A stretch of DNA of 64,000 nucleotides, taken from positions 1 to 64,000 of the forward strand of contig NIVC01001160.1 in NCBI GenBank assembly GCA_002269645.1, written 5' to 3'. The translations under genes were made by a program, and so were the position numbers. The notes under the pieces are model-generated. The model saw only the letters and a list, made by a program, of their open reading frames with translations, made no database searches and had not been told where the DNA came from. Each line of letters starts with the position of its first letter. Position 1 is the stretch's first letter. This document shows, piece by piece, positions 36,556 to 49,300 of this stretch. The stretch comes from Macrostomum lignano (Eukaryota).

Positions 36556-36909
36556 TAACCTCCGTGACTTTCGAATGCGAATATTCTCCAAGAGGCACCC
36601 AACTCTGTTAAACGCACGGCTAACGCATACGGTGAATTTTTTAAAGTTTTCGTGAACATTATATCTGAGCAGAGAATTCAAGAGATTGCTCTATAGTTCC
36701 TCCGCCGAGACGTTGTCCCTTACTGAAAAAATATTACGAGCGTACTAAGCATGCTTTTCTATGTTAAACTTTTTGTTGTGTTGAATACAATTACTATCAA
36801 TAAGGCGACGTTTTAATTTCCCGAAACCTAAGACTTAAGTTTTGGCGCCTCTAAAAGCCACTTGGTACCATTTTAAAAGAATTGGCACTATTGAAAGACT
36901 TTTCAGCTC

Positions 36910-37395
36910 CATCATGACCCATTTGGCGCCATCGGGACTCATTTGGCGTCATCATGACCCCTTTGGTCTTACTGTGACCCATTTGGCGCCATCATGACCC
37001 ATTCGGCGCTATCATGACCCGTTTGGTCTTACTATGACCCATTTGGCGCTATCATGACTCATTTGGTCTTACTATGACCCATTTGGCGCCATCATGACCC
37101 ATTGGGTGCCATCATGACCCATTTGGCGCCATCATGACCCATTGGGTGCCATCATGACCCATTTGGTCTTACTATGACCCATTTGGCGCCATCATGACCC
37201 ATTGGGTGCCATCATGACCCATTTGGTCTTACTATGACCCATTTGGCGCCATCATGACCCATTGGGTGCCATCATGACCCATTTGGTCTTACTATGACCC
37301 ATTTGGCGCCATCATGACCCATTGGGTGCCATCATGACCCATTGGGTGCCATCATGACCCATTTGGTCTTACTATGACCCATTTGGCGCCATAGT
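36910..37395. repeat. 20-bp minisatellite with alternating variants (ATCATGACCCATTTGGCGCC / ACTATGACCCATTTGGTCTT)
   Basis: Directly visible. Confidence 0.95.
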
Positions 37396-37986
37396 CATGA
37401 TGAATACTGGCAAGGCACCCGTACTTTTATCTAGTCAAAGGTTTCACAAAGCCGGTAGCAATTATTTGCATAGGATTGCAGCTATTGTTCTTTGTTATTA
37501 ATGTTGTTCAAGCAATTATTTATATAAAACCACTTTTTTATTAGTTTGAGAGTGATGAAATATGTAAATTAGGCAATTTTATATTAAAAAGCTTTATGTC
37601 AGAGTACTTTTACAATTGTCCTTTATGCAGTTTGTAAAAATGCGTTTACTGCCTAATGCTTAGTATTTTTATATTAATCTTTCGTCTTTGTGGTCTGTGA
37701 TTCTGAGTATGTAAACCTGTCAATCACTGCTACTGGTAATTAATCTCTCTTTTTTTGCCTAGCAAAAGCTGTTTTCTATCGCACCCGTTGTTAAAATAAA
37801 AACATTTTTCGTCGACAATATCTTACTACTGATAGTAGCTGATGCTTTTGAGAAATTTTATAAGTAGCAATAACTGCGCTGCTTACTAATACAAATAGCT
37901 TAAATCTGTATTTTTTCCGCTTTTTGTCTTGGCTAGAAAATATTCTCTGATCTATGTTTGGTTTAAATCTAGACATTTTGTTTTAA

Positions 37987-38775
37987 TGACTGATGTCTAC
38001 CTGTCTGATGTCTACCTGTCTGATGTCTACCTGTCTGATGTCTACCTGTCTGATGTCTACCTGACTGATGTCTACCTGACTGATGTCTACCTGACTGACT
38101 GTCTACCTGTCTGATATCTACCTGTTTGATGTCTACCTGACTGACTGTCTACCTGACTGACTGTCTACCTGTCTGATATCTACCTGTTTGATGTCTACCT
38201 GACTGACTGTCTACCTGTCTGATGTCTACCTGACTGACTGTCTACCTGACTGACTGTCTACCTGTCTGATATCTACCTGTTTGATGTCTACCTGACTGAC
38301 TGTCTACCTGTCTGATGTCTACCTGACTGACTGTCTACCTGACTGATGTCTACCTGACTGACTGTCTACCTGACTGTTGTCTACCTGTCTGATGTCTACC
38401 TGTCTGATGTCTACCTGTCTGATGTCTACCTGTCTGATGTCTACCTGTCTGATGTCTACCTGTCTGATGTCCACCTGTCTGATGTCTACCTGTCTGATAT
38501 CTAACTGACTGACTGTCTACCTGACTGATGTCTACCTGTTTGATATCTAACTGACTGACTGTCTACTTGACTGATGTCTACCTGTCTGATGTCCACCTGT
38601 CTGATGTCTACCTGTCTGATATCTAACTGACTGACTGTTTACTTGACTGATGTCTACCTGTCTGATGTCTACCTGACTGATGTCTACCTGTCTGATGTCT
38701 ACCTGACTGATGTCTACCTGACTGATTGTCTACCTGTACCTGACCGAGGTCTACCCGGACTGAGGTCTACCTGTT
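37987..38775. repeat. 15/16-bp minisatellite (TGATGTCTACCTGTC)
   Basis: Directly visible; explains the DVYLS ORFs. Confidence 0.95.
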
Positions 38776-39348
38776 TACAACAATTGCCGTTTACATTGGA
38801 GCAAGTGGCGATAAAGCCAGAAAAAATATATATATTTTTGTTATTTTGAGTCACTCATAGTCGACAGCAATCCGAGGTCTTGCGAATTGTAAAAACCGGT
38901 AGAATGAAATGAAAAAAAAACCGAGAAAACTGCAAGCGATATTCGCTTCGATAAGAGACCAAGTCTGCCCCACAGTGCCAAAGTCACTGAGCTGTACGCG
39001 GAAAGCAGCTCTTATCAGAAGCCCTGCAATAAGAAATTTAAGAGTCGCCCCTGCTTCCTCGCCCTAGCCGTACCAAGGACTTCTGGGAATAGTAGCTGGC
39101 CTAAGAAATATCTTCCAAACTAGGCGTCAAAATCGGGTCGCGTTTAGATGTGTTTCCAGTCCACTGGTGCTGTTTCCCTAAAAGTCCTCGGCTGAACCCA
39201 TAGCAGCTTAACTGAGTAGCCCCCATACGGCTGCAGCGTGTTCAAAGGTCACAGCTGGGCACTGATATACTGCCAGCGCTGCCTAAGCTCTCGTAGAGGC
39301 CAAGTGTTTGTTATTGGATTCGAGCACAAAACCTTCTCGGCGAAGAAC

Positions 39349-42300
39349 ATGCGCGCGAAGTCCTACTGGCAGACGCAGAAGCAGTCCTGCTCCAAGGGCC
39401 GCGTAGCCCTCATCGTGGCCCTGTGCCTCATGGTGGGCACCATCTTCCTCATCATTGGCTTCTTTGTTCGCCGATGCGACAGCGGCGGAGGCGGTGGCGA
39501 CGGCGAGGCCTTTGCCCGTCTGATCCGCGAGGCCGATCCCAGCATCCGGGACGCAGCCCTGGGCCAGCTGAGCTCGGCGAGGATCCGAGCCCACCTGAAG
39601 GCCATCACCGCCAGGCCGCACGTGGCCACGCAGGCCACCGATCCCGCCAAAGACTACGTGAAGTCGCACTGGACAAAGACTTTCCAGGCGCACAAAGACC
39701 GGGTGCAGATGGTCAGCCAGGTCTATCGAGTTCTACTCTCAAGGGCGAAGCTGGACGGCGAGAAAACTCGATTCGAAATTCGATCCGCAAACAATAGCCG
39801 GGTTGACTTCACCAGCCAGACGGTGGAGAAGCCGCTGACTGAGCACGACAATGACACGGACATCCCTAGCCCGATTCTCGCGTATGCGCCTTCCGGTGAC
39901 CTCACCGGGCCGGCTGTGTACGCTAATTATGGCACGGAGGCTGATCTGCAGCATCTCACCAAGAACTTGTCAATCAGCCTCAATGGTTCCATCCTGCTCA
40001 CCAGGTTCGTTTCAGGCAGTGGCGTACGTTGGAGGGGGTCAGAATGCCCCCCCCCCCCGAAGAAATTGCGCTCCTCCAAAACTAGAGGAGCTCAACTTTT
40101 GCCACCTCTTGGACAAGAGACAAGAGACAGGGGCGCCCAACAAGAGACAGGGGCGCCCAACAAGAGACAGGGGCGCCCAACAAGAGACAGGAGCGCCCAA
40201 CAAGAGACAGGGGCGCCCAACAAGAGACAGGGGCGCCCAACAAGAGACAGGGGCGCCCACCAAGAGACAGGGCCAGAGTAAAAAAACACGGTTCATTCTA
40301 AGAAACACCTACATGTACCTGGCTAACAAACTGTCGATTTCTAAGAAATCAATGCTACTTTCTGGGAAAACAAGCAATCCCATGTACAGCTAAATGTACA
40401 TTCTAAGAAACTATCTAATCAATACACGCAACATTCTGACAATCCACCTTACCCTAGCAATAAAACTTTCTAAGAATCCAGTGCAAACATTCTATGACAT
40501 CTTGTTTTCAATGCAGTACACAGTATTCCACGAAGCAATCTTAGACTATCTATTTAACACAGACTGCATTCTAGGCAGCACTGCTTTCTAACAAACCCCT
40601 CCCCTTGTCTAGATACGGTCGCTCGGGCCGCGGCGCCAAGGCGGTCACGGCTGCCAAGTACGGCGCGGCCGGAGTGCTCATCTTCTCCGACCCGGCCGAC
40701 GTGGCCAAAAACCAGAGCGCCGCCTTCCCAAACGGCCAGTGGATGCCGGGGACGGGAACGCAGAAGGGCTCCGCCATGCTGTCATCCGGAGATCCGACAA
40801 CTCCCGGATATCCGTCCTTGGCGACCGCCTATCGATACGACGCTGTTGCTAGGGGAGTCTGCCCGCCGCTGCCAATGTATCCGGTGGGTTTTGCTGCGGG
40901 CTCTGACCTGTTAGACAGTCAAGAAAGTCCTGTTAGACAGTCAAGAGAGTCCTGTTAGACAGTCAAGAGAGTCCTGTTAGACAGTCAACAGACTCCGGTT
41001 ATGCACTCCAGATTGGCTACGCAGACGCCCGAGAGATCATTGACAGACTGGAGGGCGCCCAGGCGCCGGAGGATTGGCGAGTCCGCATCAGAGGGATGAA
41101 CCTCAGCCGGCCGATGCGATTGGGCCCGAAAATGTCCGGCGATCAACAACTGCGGCTGGTGGTGAATCAGGAGAATTTTATGAAAGATATTGAAAATGTG
41201 TGCGTCAAAATTCATGGAGATATTGAACCCGACAGGTGAGTGTCCGGTCTATCCTTTTTATGTGTCCATGGTATATCCTATTTTATGTGTAGTCTATGGT
41301 TTATCCTATTTTATTTGTAGCCTATGGTCTACCCTATTTTATGTGTAGTCTATGATTTATCCTATTTTATGTGTAGTCTATGATTTATCCTATTTTATGT
41401 GTAGTCTATGGTCTATCCTATTTTATTTGTAGTCTATGGTCTATCCTATTTTATGTGTAGTCTATGGTCTATCCTATTTTATTTGTAGTCTATGGTCTAT
41501 CCTATTTTATGTGTAGTCTATGGTTTATACTATTTTATGTGTAGTCTATGGTCTATCCTATTTTATTTGTAGTCTATGGTCTATCCTATTTTATGTGTAG
41601 TCTATGGTTTATCCTATTTTATGTGTAGTGTATGGTTTATCCTATTTTATTTGTAGTCTATGGTTTATCCTATTTTATGTGTAGTCTATGGTCTATCCTA
41701 TTTTATGTGTAGTCTATGGTTTATCCTATTTTATTTGTAGTCTATGGTCTATCCTATTTTATGTGTAGTCTATGGTTTATCTTAATTTACGTAGTCTATC
41801 GTCTATCTTACTTCATGTCTAGTTTATGGCCTGCTCTAGTCTTAGTTTGCAGAGGACTTTGGACTTTGAACCCATAGTCAGCCAGGAAATAAGCAGCCAT
41901 TCCCAGACATGCTCTACACGCTCCCACATGGTGTACAGCGGTCCTGCCTTTCTCATTGTCTGACATGTACACTCTGTGCCTTTGAGGTGGGCACTCAAAG
42001 CGTGAAGCCCCTTCTTCTAGATCTTATAGCCAACAGTCTATCCCTAGGCTGAGTCTATGGCCCATCCTCCCATCCGCAGGTGGGTGATCGTCGGCAACCA
42101 CCGAGACGCCTGGGGCTTCGGAGCTGTGGACCCGTCCTCAGGCACGGCCGTGCTGATGGAGTTCAGCGAGGTGCTGGCGAACCTGCTGGCCACTGGATGG
42201 AAGCCGAGGCGGTCGATCATGCTGTGCACCTGGGACGGGGAGGAACATGGCCTCATCGGCAGCTGGGAGTTCGTGGAGGAGAATCTTATGATGCTCAAGG

Positions 42301-44920
42301 ATGTTGGTGCTATTTCAATTTCTTTGAAGTGCTTATCACACTTTTAAACCTCTGCAGAGACCAAGGCTCGATCGAATCTACTTTTTTGCAATATAAAGTC
42401 TATTCTCCGGTGTATCAAGTCTATTCTCCGGTGCATCAAGTCTATTCTCCGGTGCATCAAGTCTGTTCTCCGGTGCATCAAGTCTATTCTCCGGTGCATC
42501 AAGTCTATTCTCCGGTGCATCAAGTCTATTCTTCGGTGTATCAAGTCTATTCTTCGGTGTATCAAGTCTATTCTCCGGTGTATCAAGTCTGTTTTCCGGT
42601 GCATCAAGTCTATTCTCCGGCGTATCAAGTCAATTCTCCGGTGCATCAAGTCTATTCTCCGGCGTATCAAGTCAATTCTCCGGTGCATCAAGTCTATTCT
42701 CCGGCGTATCAAGTCAATTCTCCGGTGCATCAAGTCAATTATCCGGTGAATCAAGTCTATTCACCGGTGTATCAAGTCTATTCTCCGGTGTATCAAGTCT
42801 AATCTTCGGTGTATCAAGTCTATTCTCCGGTGTATCAAGTCTAATCTTCGGTGTATCAAGTCCAATCTCAGGCCCATCACCCCTCCCATCCAACCCGCAG
42901 TCGGTAGTTGCGTACGTCAACATCGACATCGCAGCGGCTGGCAACTACTCGATGCGGACAAGCGCCATGCCGAGTTTGCGCGACTTCGCCAAGACCCTGA
43001 TGGACAGCCTGCCGGAGGAGGTGAACCCCGGCAAGAGCATGGGCCAGACCTGGTCAGACAGGTGGGCCGATGGAAAGTCGGCCATGGACAGCATGTTGAC
43101 ACCTATCGGTGGCTCGGACTACGCGGCCTTCATCGAGTTGGCCTCGATCCCGGCCATAGACATCATGTTCCGGGCCGACCCAAAGGAGTCCTCGCTCTAT
43201 CCGATGTACCACGTCAGGTGCGTGTGTGTGAGTGAGTGAGTGAGTAAGTGAGTGAGTAAGTGAGTGAGTGAGTGAGTGAGTGAGTGAGTGAGTGAGTGAG
43301 TGAGTGAGTGAGTGAGTGAGTGAGTGAGTGAGTGAGTGAGTGAGTGAGTGAGTGAGTGAGTAAGTGAGTGAGTGAGTGAGTGAGTGAGTGAGTGAGTGAG
43401 TGAGTGAGTGAGTGAGTGAGTGAGTGAGTGAGTGAGTGAGTAAGTGAGTGAGTGAGTGAGTGAGTGTGCGGTCACATTCATTTGGGGCTTGTCTGTACAA
43501 AAATTGGCTTGGGGGTTGTGCGATTCGCCTCCATGAGGGCCAACCCCCAAGGCACAGGGAGTGTACATGCCTGCCGATTAGACAGTCAGGGCTACTGTAC
43601 ACCCTGTGTGAGCGTGTGTACAGTTATCTCTCGCTTGTTCAGTAGTAAGCGGAATGTGTAGAACGGCCCCAGCGCTGGTTGCGGGACGATGTCTCAATAA
43701 AGTGCCCACAATCCTGCTGCAAATGTTTATTCTTTCAATTGTCAGGAGCTCGACAGCAGCTCTTGCAACACAAACAACTCATACCTGCATAAACTACCTC
43801 AATCGCAACAGGTACGAAAGCTTCTATTACGTGGACACCTACGTTGATCCCGGATTCAAGGCGCACCTGTCATCGGCCAGACTGCTCACCGAGGTGGTCA
43901 GGCAGCTCACAGACGAGTACCTGCTGCCGTACGCGCTCAACATGAGCAACACGGCTTTGGAGTTGGAGAAATACTTCGCCAGCGTCAATGGCAGCAGTGC
44001 AATCGGAGCGATGCCGGAGCTCAAGGCGGCGGTGACAGCCCTGGGTGACAGCGTCACGTATTTTCAGCAGCAGGTGCAGGCGGGGATTTTAATTTAAATT
44101 TTCCTCTAAGTATGAGCCCGAGGGAAGGCAGTGCAAGGGATCAATGAATATTGAAAAGTTTATGGCTTTTAATATCACGGGACACTTGCTTTTGAAGGCT
44201 AGGCTTTGTAAGTGCCCACTTTTGACGCGCTGTGGCACTTTATTGGGGTCTAAATTAACCCATCTGCTCCTGACTCGAGAGTGCACAATTGCTTATTGTC
44301 TGACTCCAAAGCCATATACACAATCTACCATTGTCTGACTCCAAAGCCACAGACACAATCTACCATTGTCTAACTCCAAAGCCACAGACACAATCTACCA
44401 TTGTCTGACTCCAAAGCCACAGACACAATCCACCATTGTCTAACTCCAAAGCCACAGACACAATCTACCATTGTCTGACCCCAAAGCCACAGACACAATC
44501 CACCATTGTCTGACTCCAGAACCATAACCCGCTACCCGCTGTCGAATAGCCATGCAGAAGCTCACTTTCAGCGCATAAATGCTAAAAATCTTTCACGATA
44601 AAATTCTACAGACCACCGCTTGGGACAGGCAGACCGTCGATCGCCGAAGTCCCCTCGGCGTTCGTCGGATCAACGATGCGGCGATGCGCGCGACGCAGAG
44701 CTTCCTGGCTAGCCGGGGGCAGCCGCGCCAGCCCTACGTTGCCAACCTGGTGTTCACCTCGGGCAAGCATCCGCGGGAGCCCAGTGGAGTGCGGTTCCCC
44801 GGACTGTCCGACCTGCTGACCGAGCTGCCATTGGGCACCGCTACGGTGGCCGAGATTGACAGGCAGCTGAGGGACCTGGCGCATCACGTTCGATTGGCTG
44901 GGAAGGTGCTGACAGTCTGA
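39349..44920 (+). CDS. M28B peptidase (NAALADase / glutamate carboxypeptidase II family), type II membrane protein; exons 39349-40004, 40613-40883, 41012-41235, 42080-42302, 42901-43217, 43812-44073, 44612-44920 (753 aa)
   Basis: N-terminal TM (VALIVALCLMVGTIFLIIGFF), PA domain (YANYGTEAD, RYGRSGRGAK, SDPAD, GDPTTPGYP) and zinc-site motifs GNHRDAW, DPSSG, WDGEEHGLIGS, YVNID, YPMYH; C-terminal RRIND and FPGLSD. Phases are consistent (2262 nt). The exon-6 donor (GTGCAG) is the least certain. Confidence 0.93.
40110..40272. repeat. 20-bp intronic minisatellite (CAAGAGACAGGGGCGCCCAA)
   Basis: Peptidase intron 1, downstream of a lone hAT-like terminus CAGTGGCGTA near 40017. Confidence 0.9.
41265..41800. 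repeat. 28-bp intronic minisatellite (CTATCCTATTTTATGTGTAGTCTATGGT)
   Basis: Peptidase intron 3. Confidence 0.95.
42395..42862. repeat. 21-bp intronic minisatellite (AAGTCTATTCTCCGGTGCATC)
   Basis: Peptidase intron 4; explains the VYSPVHQ ORF. Confidence 0.95.
43228..43465. repeat. (GTGA)n microsatellite with occasional GTAA units
   Basis: Starts 10 nt into peptidase intron 5. Confidence 0.97.
44295..44520. repeat. 35-bp intronic minisatellite (CTACCATTGTCTGACTCCAAAGCCACAGACACAAT)
   Basis: Peptidase intron 6, about 6 units. Confidence 0.9.
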
Positions 44921-46316
44921 TTGGGCCTGCGGCACGTTCTCGAGTGGCTGAATAACATTATTTGGGTCACATAATGGTTTAATTCGTCACTTTTCCAATG
45001 CAGTAAAGTACATCTAATGTCCCTCTATACTGTAAATCCATCTGGATATAACTTCAAAAGTACAAGTATGAAGCAACCGGCATCAGGCGTAATAAAACAG
45101 AAGTTTACCAGGCGTGTGTTTTAACGTTTTCACACATATTTACAAGTAGTAATTACCGAGTACACAAATAGTGATAGCCAGTACAATGTATGTAATGTAC
45201 GTACACTAATCGATTCAAGGATAAATCGATACATTTTTGTCAGACGCGCCAAAGGGCGTCGATACATGTGTTGCCAATGGGCGTGCCAATACGACTATTG
45301 GAATATTGTCGGAGCTGGATTTGAGTTCCTTATTTTAGAAATTCCACAATTGCCAAATTGTACCAGTGGGTTCATTTCTATCTCAACGGTGACACCAAGT
45401 TGTTACCAGTAGGTTCATTTTTATATCAATGATGACACCAAATTGTAGGTCTTGCTGCTTGCTATTATCCGATCCCTACTTCAATATAAAGCTGGAGCAC
45501 ATTTATATGAATATGCATGCAATATGTTCCATGAGTACACACAATATATAAACTTTACTATACATTGCCCATTTACTACATGCATGAAAAGCTGATACTA
45601 TTGATAGTTTGAGGGTGGCTCGTAGTTGCGGTTTTGTTTTAAGCAGTTGTTCTTGGCGTCAAGTTTTAGAGCACAAAAAATACATGTAGTGCATTATAAT
45701 ATTTTTACTTTGTTGAAATTCGACAAGTGAGCAAAATTGTCATAACTGAGTTTGAACATTTCTGAACGATATTGAGAATCACTTTGGCTATTCTGAAAAG
45801 CGATTGTCACTTTCTCATGTACCATAGTCAGGCAGCGTAAGTCAATGAGCCTCAAAACTAGCCGATTTCTTGTTTGTAGGATCGTGATTAGTTGTACTGT
45901 GTAATATTTACATTATAAAACTACATAGCTCTTGTTAGAGAATACGAATGTAGGTAATTTATTTTTATAGCAAACTTTTAATTAGTTAAACGATAAAAAT
46001 CGTTATAGAAAATTTCTTACTGCAAATTAATGATAAAGACTGTTTTATTGTTTTGTTTTAAAAACACAGAAGTTTAAATGAGTATTTTCTCCGAATTTAC
46101 TTTAATTAACGCTATAGTGATATTTTCCTTTTAACGCAATTTAAAAATATACATAATCATAAGCATACGTCTATTCGTAATATTATCTGATTACTTCAGG
46201 TCCAAAAATAAGGCTTATTAGTTTAGGCCTAGTTAGCACTGCAGTGCAGTGTTCCATGTCTGCAAATAATACTTCATCCTGAAAACACGAATCAGTCCGC
46301 TTAATTCAGATAACAA

Positions 46317-49300
46317 ATGTGGCGAGAGTATGAAGTCCAATTTGTTTTCATTATGTCTTGTCTCTCACTGCACTATATTTCTAACTGTGCTTTTGCATTA
46401 GTCAAGGATAAAACTTCAATCGTAGTCAACTCTGCAAGCATTGATAGTGACAAATCTGCAGGTAAGTTTCATGCACCAAAATATGATAGATGTAATTTTT
46501 TGACTGAACAAGTGATGGGTGCCGACTGCCGACCATTGGTATTGATTGTCATAGTCAAGAAGGTGTCAGGTGTATACCAGAGTGATTTTTGGGGATGGCT
46601 GATGATATATGCCAAAAATATAGTCCCAACCTAAAAGCATACAATAAGGCATTAAAAATGTTTGTGCATATCGATTTTTTGCTATAAATAGTAGGCCCAA
46701 TTGACAAGAAAGAAAAATAATAACCAAATTATCAGTCAAAAAGGTCATTTTTATTGTTAAAATATTGGCCTAGATTTGAGAATATAGGCATGCACTCAAA
46801 TTTTTTGGTATGCATTTGTAACTATTCAATTTTTATTTGGGTGTGCACTTAGCATGATCTGATCTACACTATGGAATTCAAATAACTTCCATTTATTACT
46901 GAACATTTTTTAAAAATTCAAACCTAAAGAATAACCACTTGCTCTTTTCATTTTTGTCAAAAATCTATATACTCATGCTTGGGTGCAACCTTGGGATTCA
47001 CTCGGCTGTTTCTATTGGCAACACACACATGTAAGTCACTATTGGACGGAATAGTACTCACGTGACTGCTCTCAGCCAATAGCAAATTACATGTGTATGT
47101 TGCCAATAGAAACAGCCAGGTGATTCCCAAAGTTGTGCATATATGTACATACTAACTGCTTTTTAATTTTTGGGCTTACATTTAAGTTTATAGTTTTAAA
47201 TTATTTTTTTTAATTAATAATTTTTTATTACACTTAAACATTTTTACTAGTATGTTCAACTTGTATTTGGTTCATATATGGGCAACCTTGGGAATCACTT
47301 GATTGTTTCTATTGGCAACATATTTTACAACATACACTTGGGCTATTACTTCTTAGTGAAATACTTTAAGAAGTAAACACTTTTGTGAAACATTTTAAAA
47401 AGTAACAGCCCTTGCAGAAATTCAATTCAAACAAAGCTCCTTTCTATTGAAACAGAAGAACTTAAATTCAGACTATCTGTAGCCAAAATTGTCCCTAAGT
47501 GACAGGCATGTGCCAACTTGAAATTCAAAAGAAACAAAGTCACATTCTATTTTGACAAAGACTCAATAGATAAACACAACAAATTGATAAACATAAGAGT
47601 AAAATGAAAAACAGGAACAAGACAATATTAGTTGCGACACCTAGCTATCAATTGCCTGACCACTAAGGCAATGAAGGACATATAAATACATACACTTGTC
47701 CACAGAGATGCAGCCAATGGTTCTGTCTACCATGTTATATAGAATGTCTCACCAATAGGCCGCCATCAACTGATTCTTGTGCTGCTTAGCTATCAGAGCA
47801 ATGAACTTTTGCTAGTCTGCTACCAGTTCTCTCTTCAAAGCAGCCTTCCAATAGAAGATTGAGTTCTCTATAGGAGTAAAAATGGACTGTATGGTGGAAG
47901 CTGCTTGGCCTAAATGGTGTCCAGAATCTTGTCTTTGATGTCATTATGAGAACTTGCATTGTTGATGACTATATAACAATACAAGACTGGGAACTAGCTT
48001 GGAAGTTACTGATAGTGATCTGCAAGAACTCACCAAACTTCTTTTTAGTCATGTCCTTATCATAAATTTGGTAGTGCACAACACCGATACCTGGATAAAT
48101 GGGCAAGCAGATAGTAACTCTAAGTCCCTTCTGAGTAGCCACTTGCCTGTATATGCATTCACCATGTTGAGAGTGCCTTATTGATTGTCTCATCCAGATA
48201 TTGAAGCCAAATTCATTGTTGAAAATCTTGTAGTCAGATATAACATCGACAGAACAAAGCCACTTGCAAAACTCTTTCTGCACTTCGATCATATGAGGGG
48301 AATTGCAATCTGCAAGGAGATATTGTGCCAGCTCAGTGGTGTACAGAGCTCTATTAAGCTTAATGCTGATCATTTTCCATTATATGGGCTTTTCTAGGAT
48401 TTGCTGGTGTATATTAGCATTCATTTCTTTTAGTGTGATAAGCAGATTTGCTTAGATGAAACCAAGTATATGGGCCTGAATTTCTTTATCCCACTTTAGA
48501 ATTGTTTGGCTCTGCCCTTGGGCTGCTTTTCTGCTCTCCCCAACTTCACAATTGTGTATGCTATTGATCTCTTGACTCCAAGTTGGCACGCCAGTTTCAC
48601 AATGTCATTCCCACAATCAGCAGCCTTGATAATATGGTCTCTGTCACTGTTGCTTATAATAGTATACTGACAAGGCTGCTATTCCACAATATCTTCATTG
48701 AATTCTGCTTCTCCTTTTTCCTTTCTTGCATTCTCTTTTTTCTAGCAATTCATCGTCTTCTTCAATCTGATCTTCAGCATGCATATTGTTTTTGCTGCAC
48801 AATGATTGTAGTTGTGCAGTGCAGGAAAAAACAAAAATTAGATTAATGTAATAAAAATGTATCTATCTGCAAGAAACTCTGTCAAAATAGAATGTTACTT
48901 TGTTTCTTTAGAATTTTAAATTTGCGCATGCATGTCACTCAGGGACAATTTTGGCCACAGACAGTCTGAATTAAAGTTCTTCTGTTTCAATAGAAAGGGA
49001 CTTTGTTTGAATTGAGGTTCCGCAAGGGCTGTTACTTCTTAAATTGTTTACATCGAAGTTCTGCTTGTTTTTTTTAATAAAACTTTGTTCAAAATAGGAG
49101 GTAGAATGGTATACCTTTTTATATATCAAAAGACAAATCTTTACACTTAATAGTAATTTAGCAAAAATAGATGTCTATAGATATACATATATTATATTTG
49201 TATTATAAATGTAAAATTTATTGTTTTTTATTTAAGTTTCTAATTTGAGGCTTAGATTCATTTAGAAACAGAAACATACCAATCAATTCGCTTTTCCACA

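Noticed and set aside
40017-40110. Complete hAT MITE starting CAGTGGCGTA in peptidase intron 1
   Set aside because: No matching TACGCCACTG end or TSD was found downstream; at most a truncated remnant.
26215-46317. SL trans-splicing inferred from AG dinucleotides 7-24 nt upstream of three start codons
   Set aside because: AG is too common to be evidence without transcript data, and 5' UTR introns would look the same.
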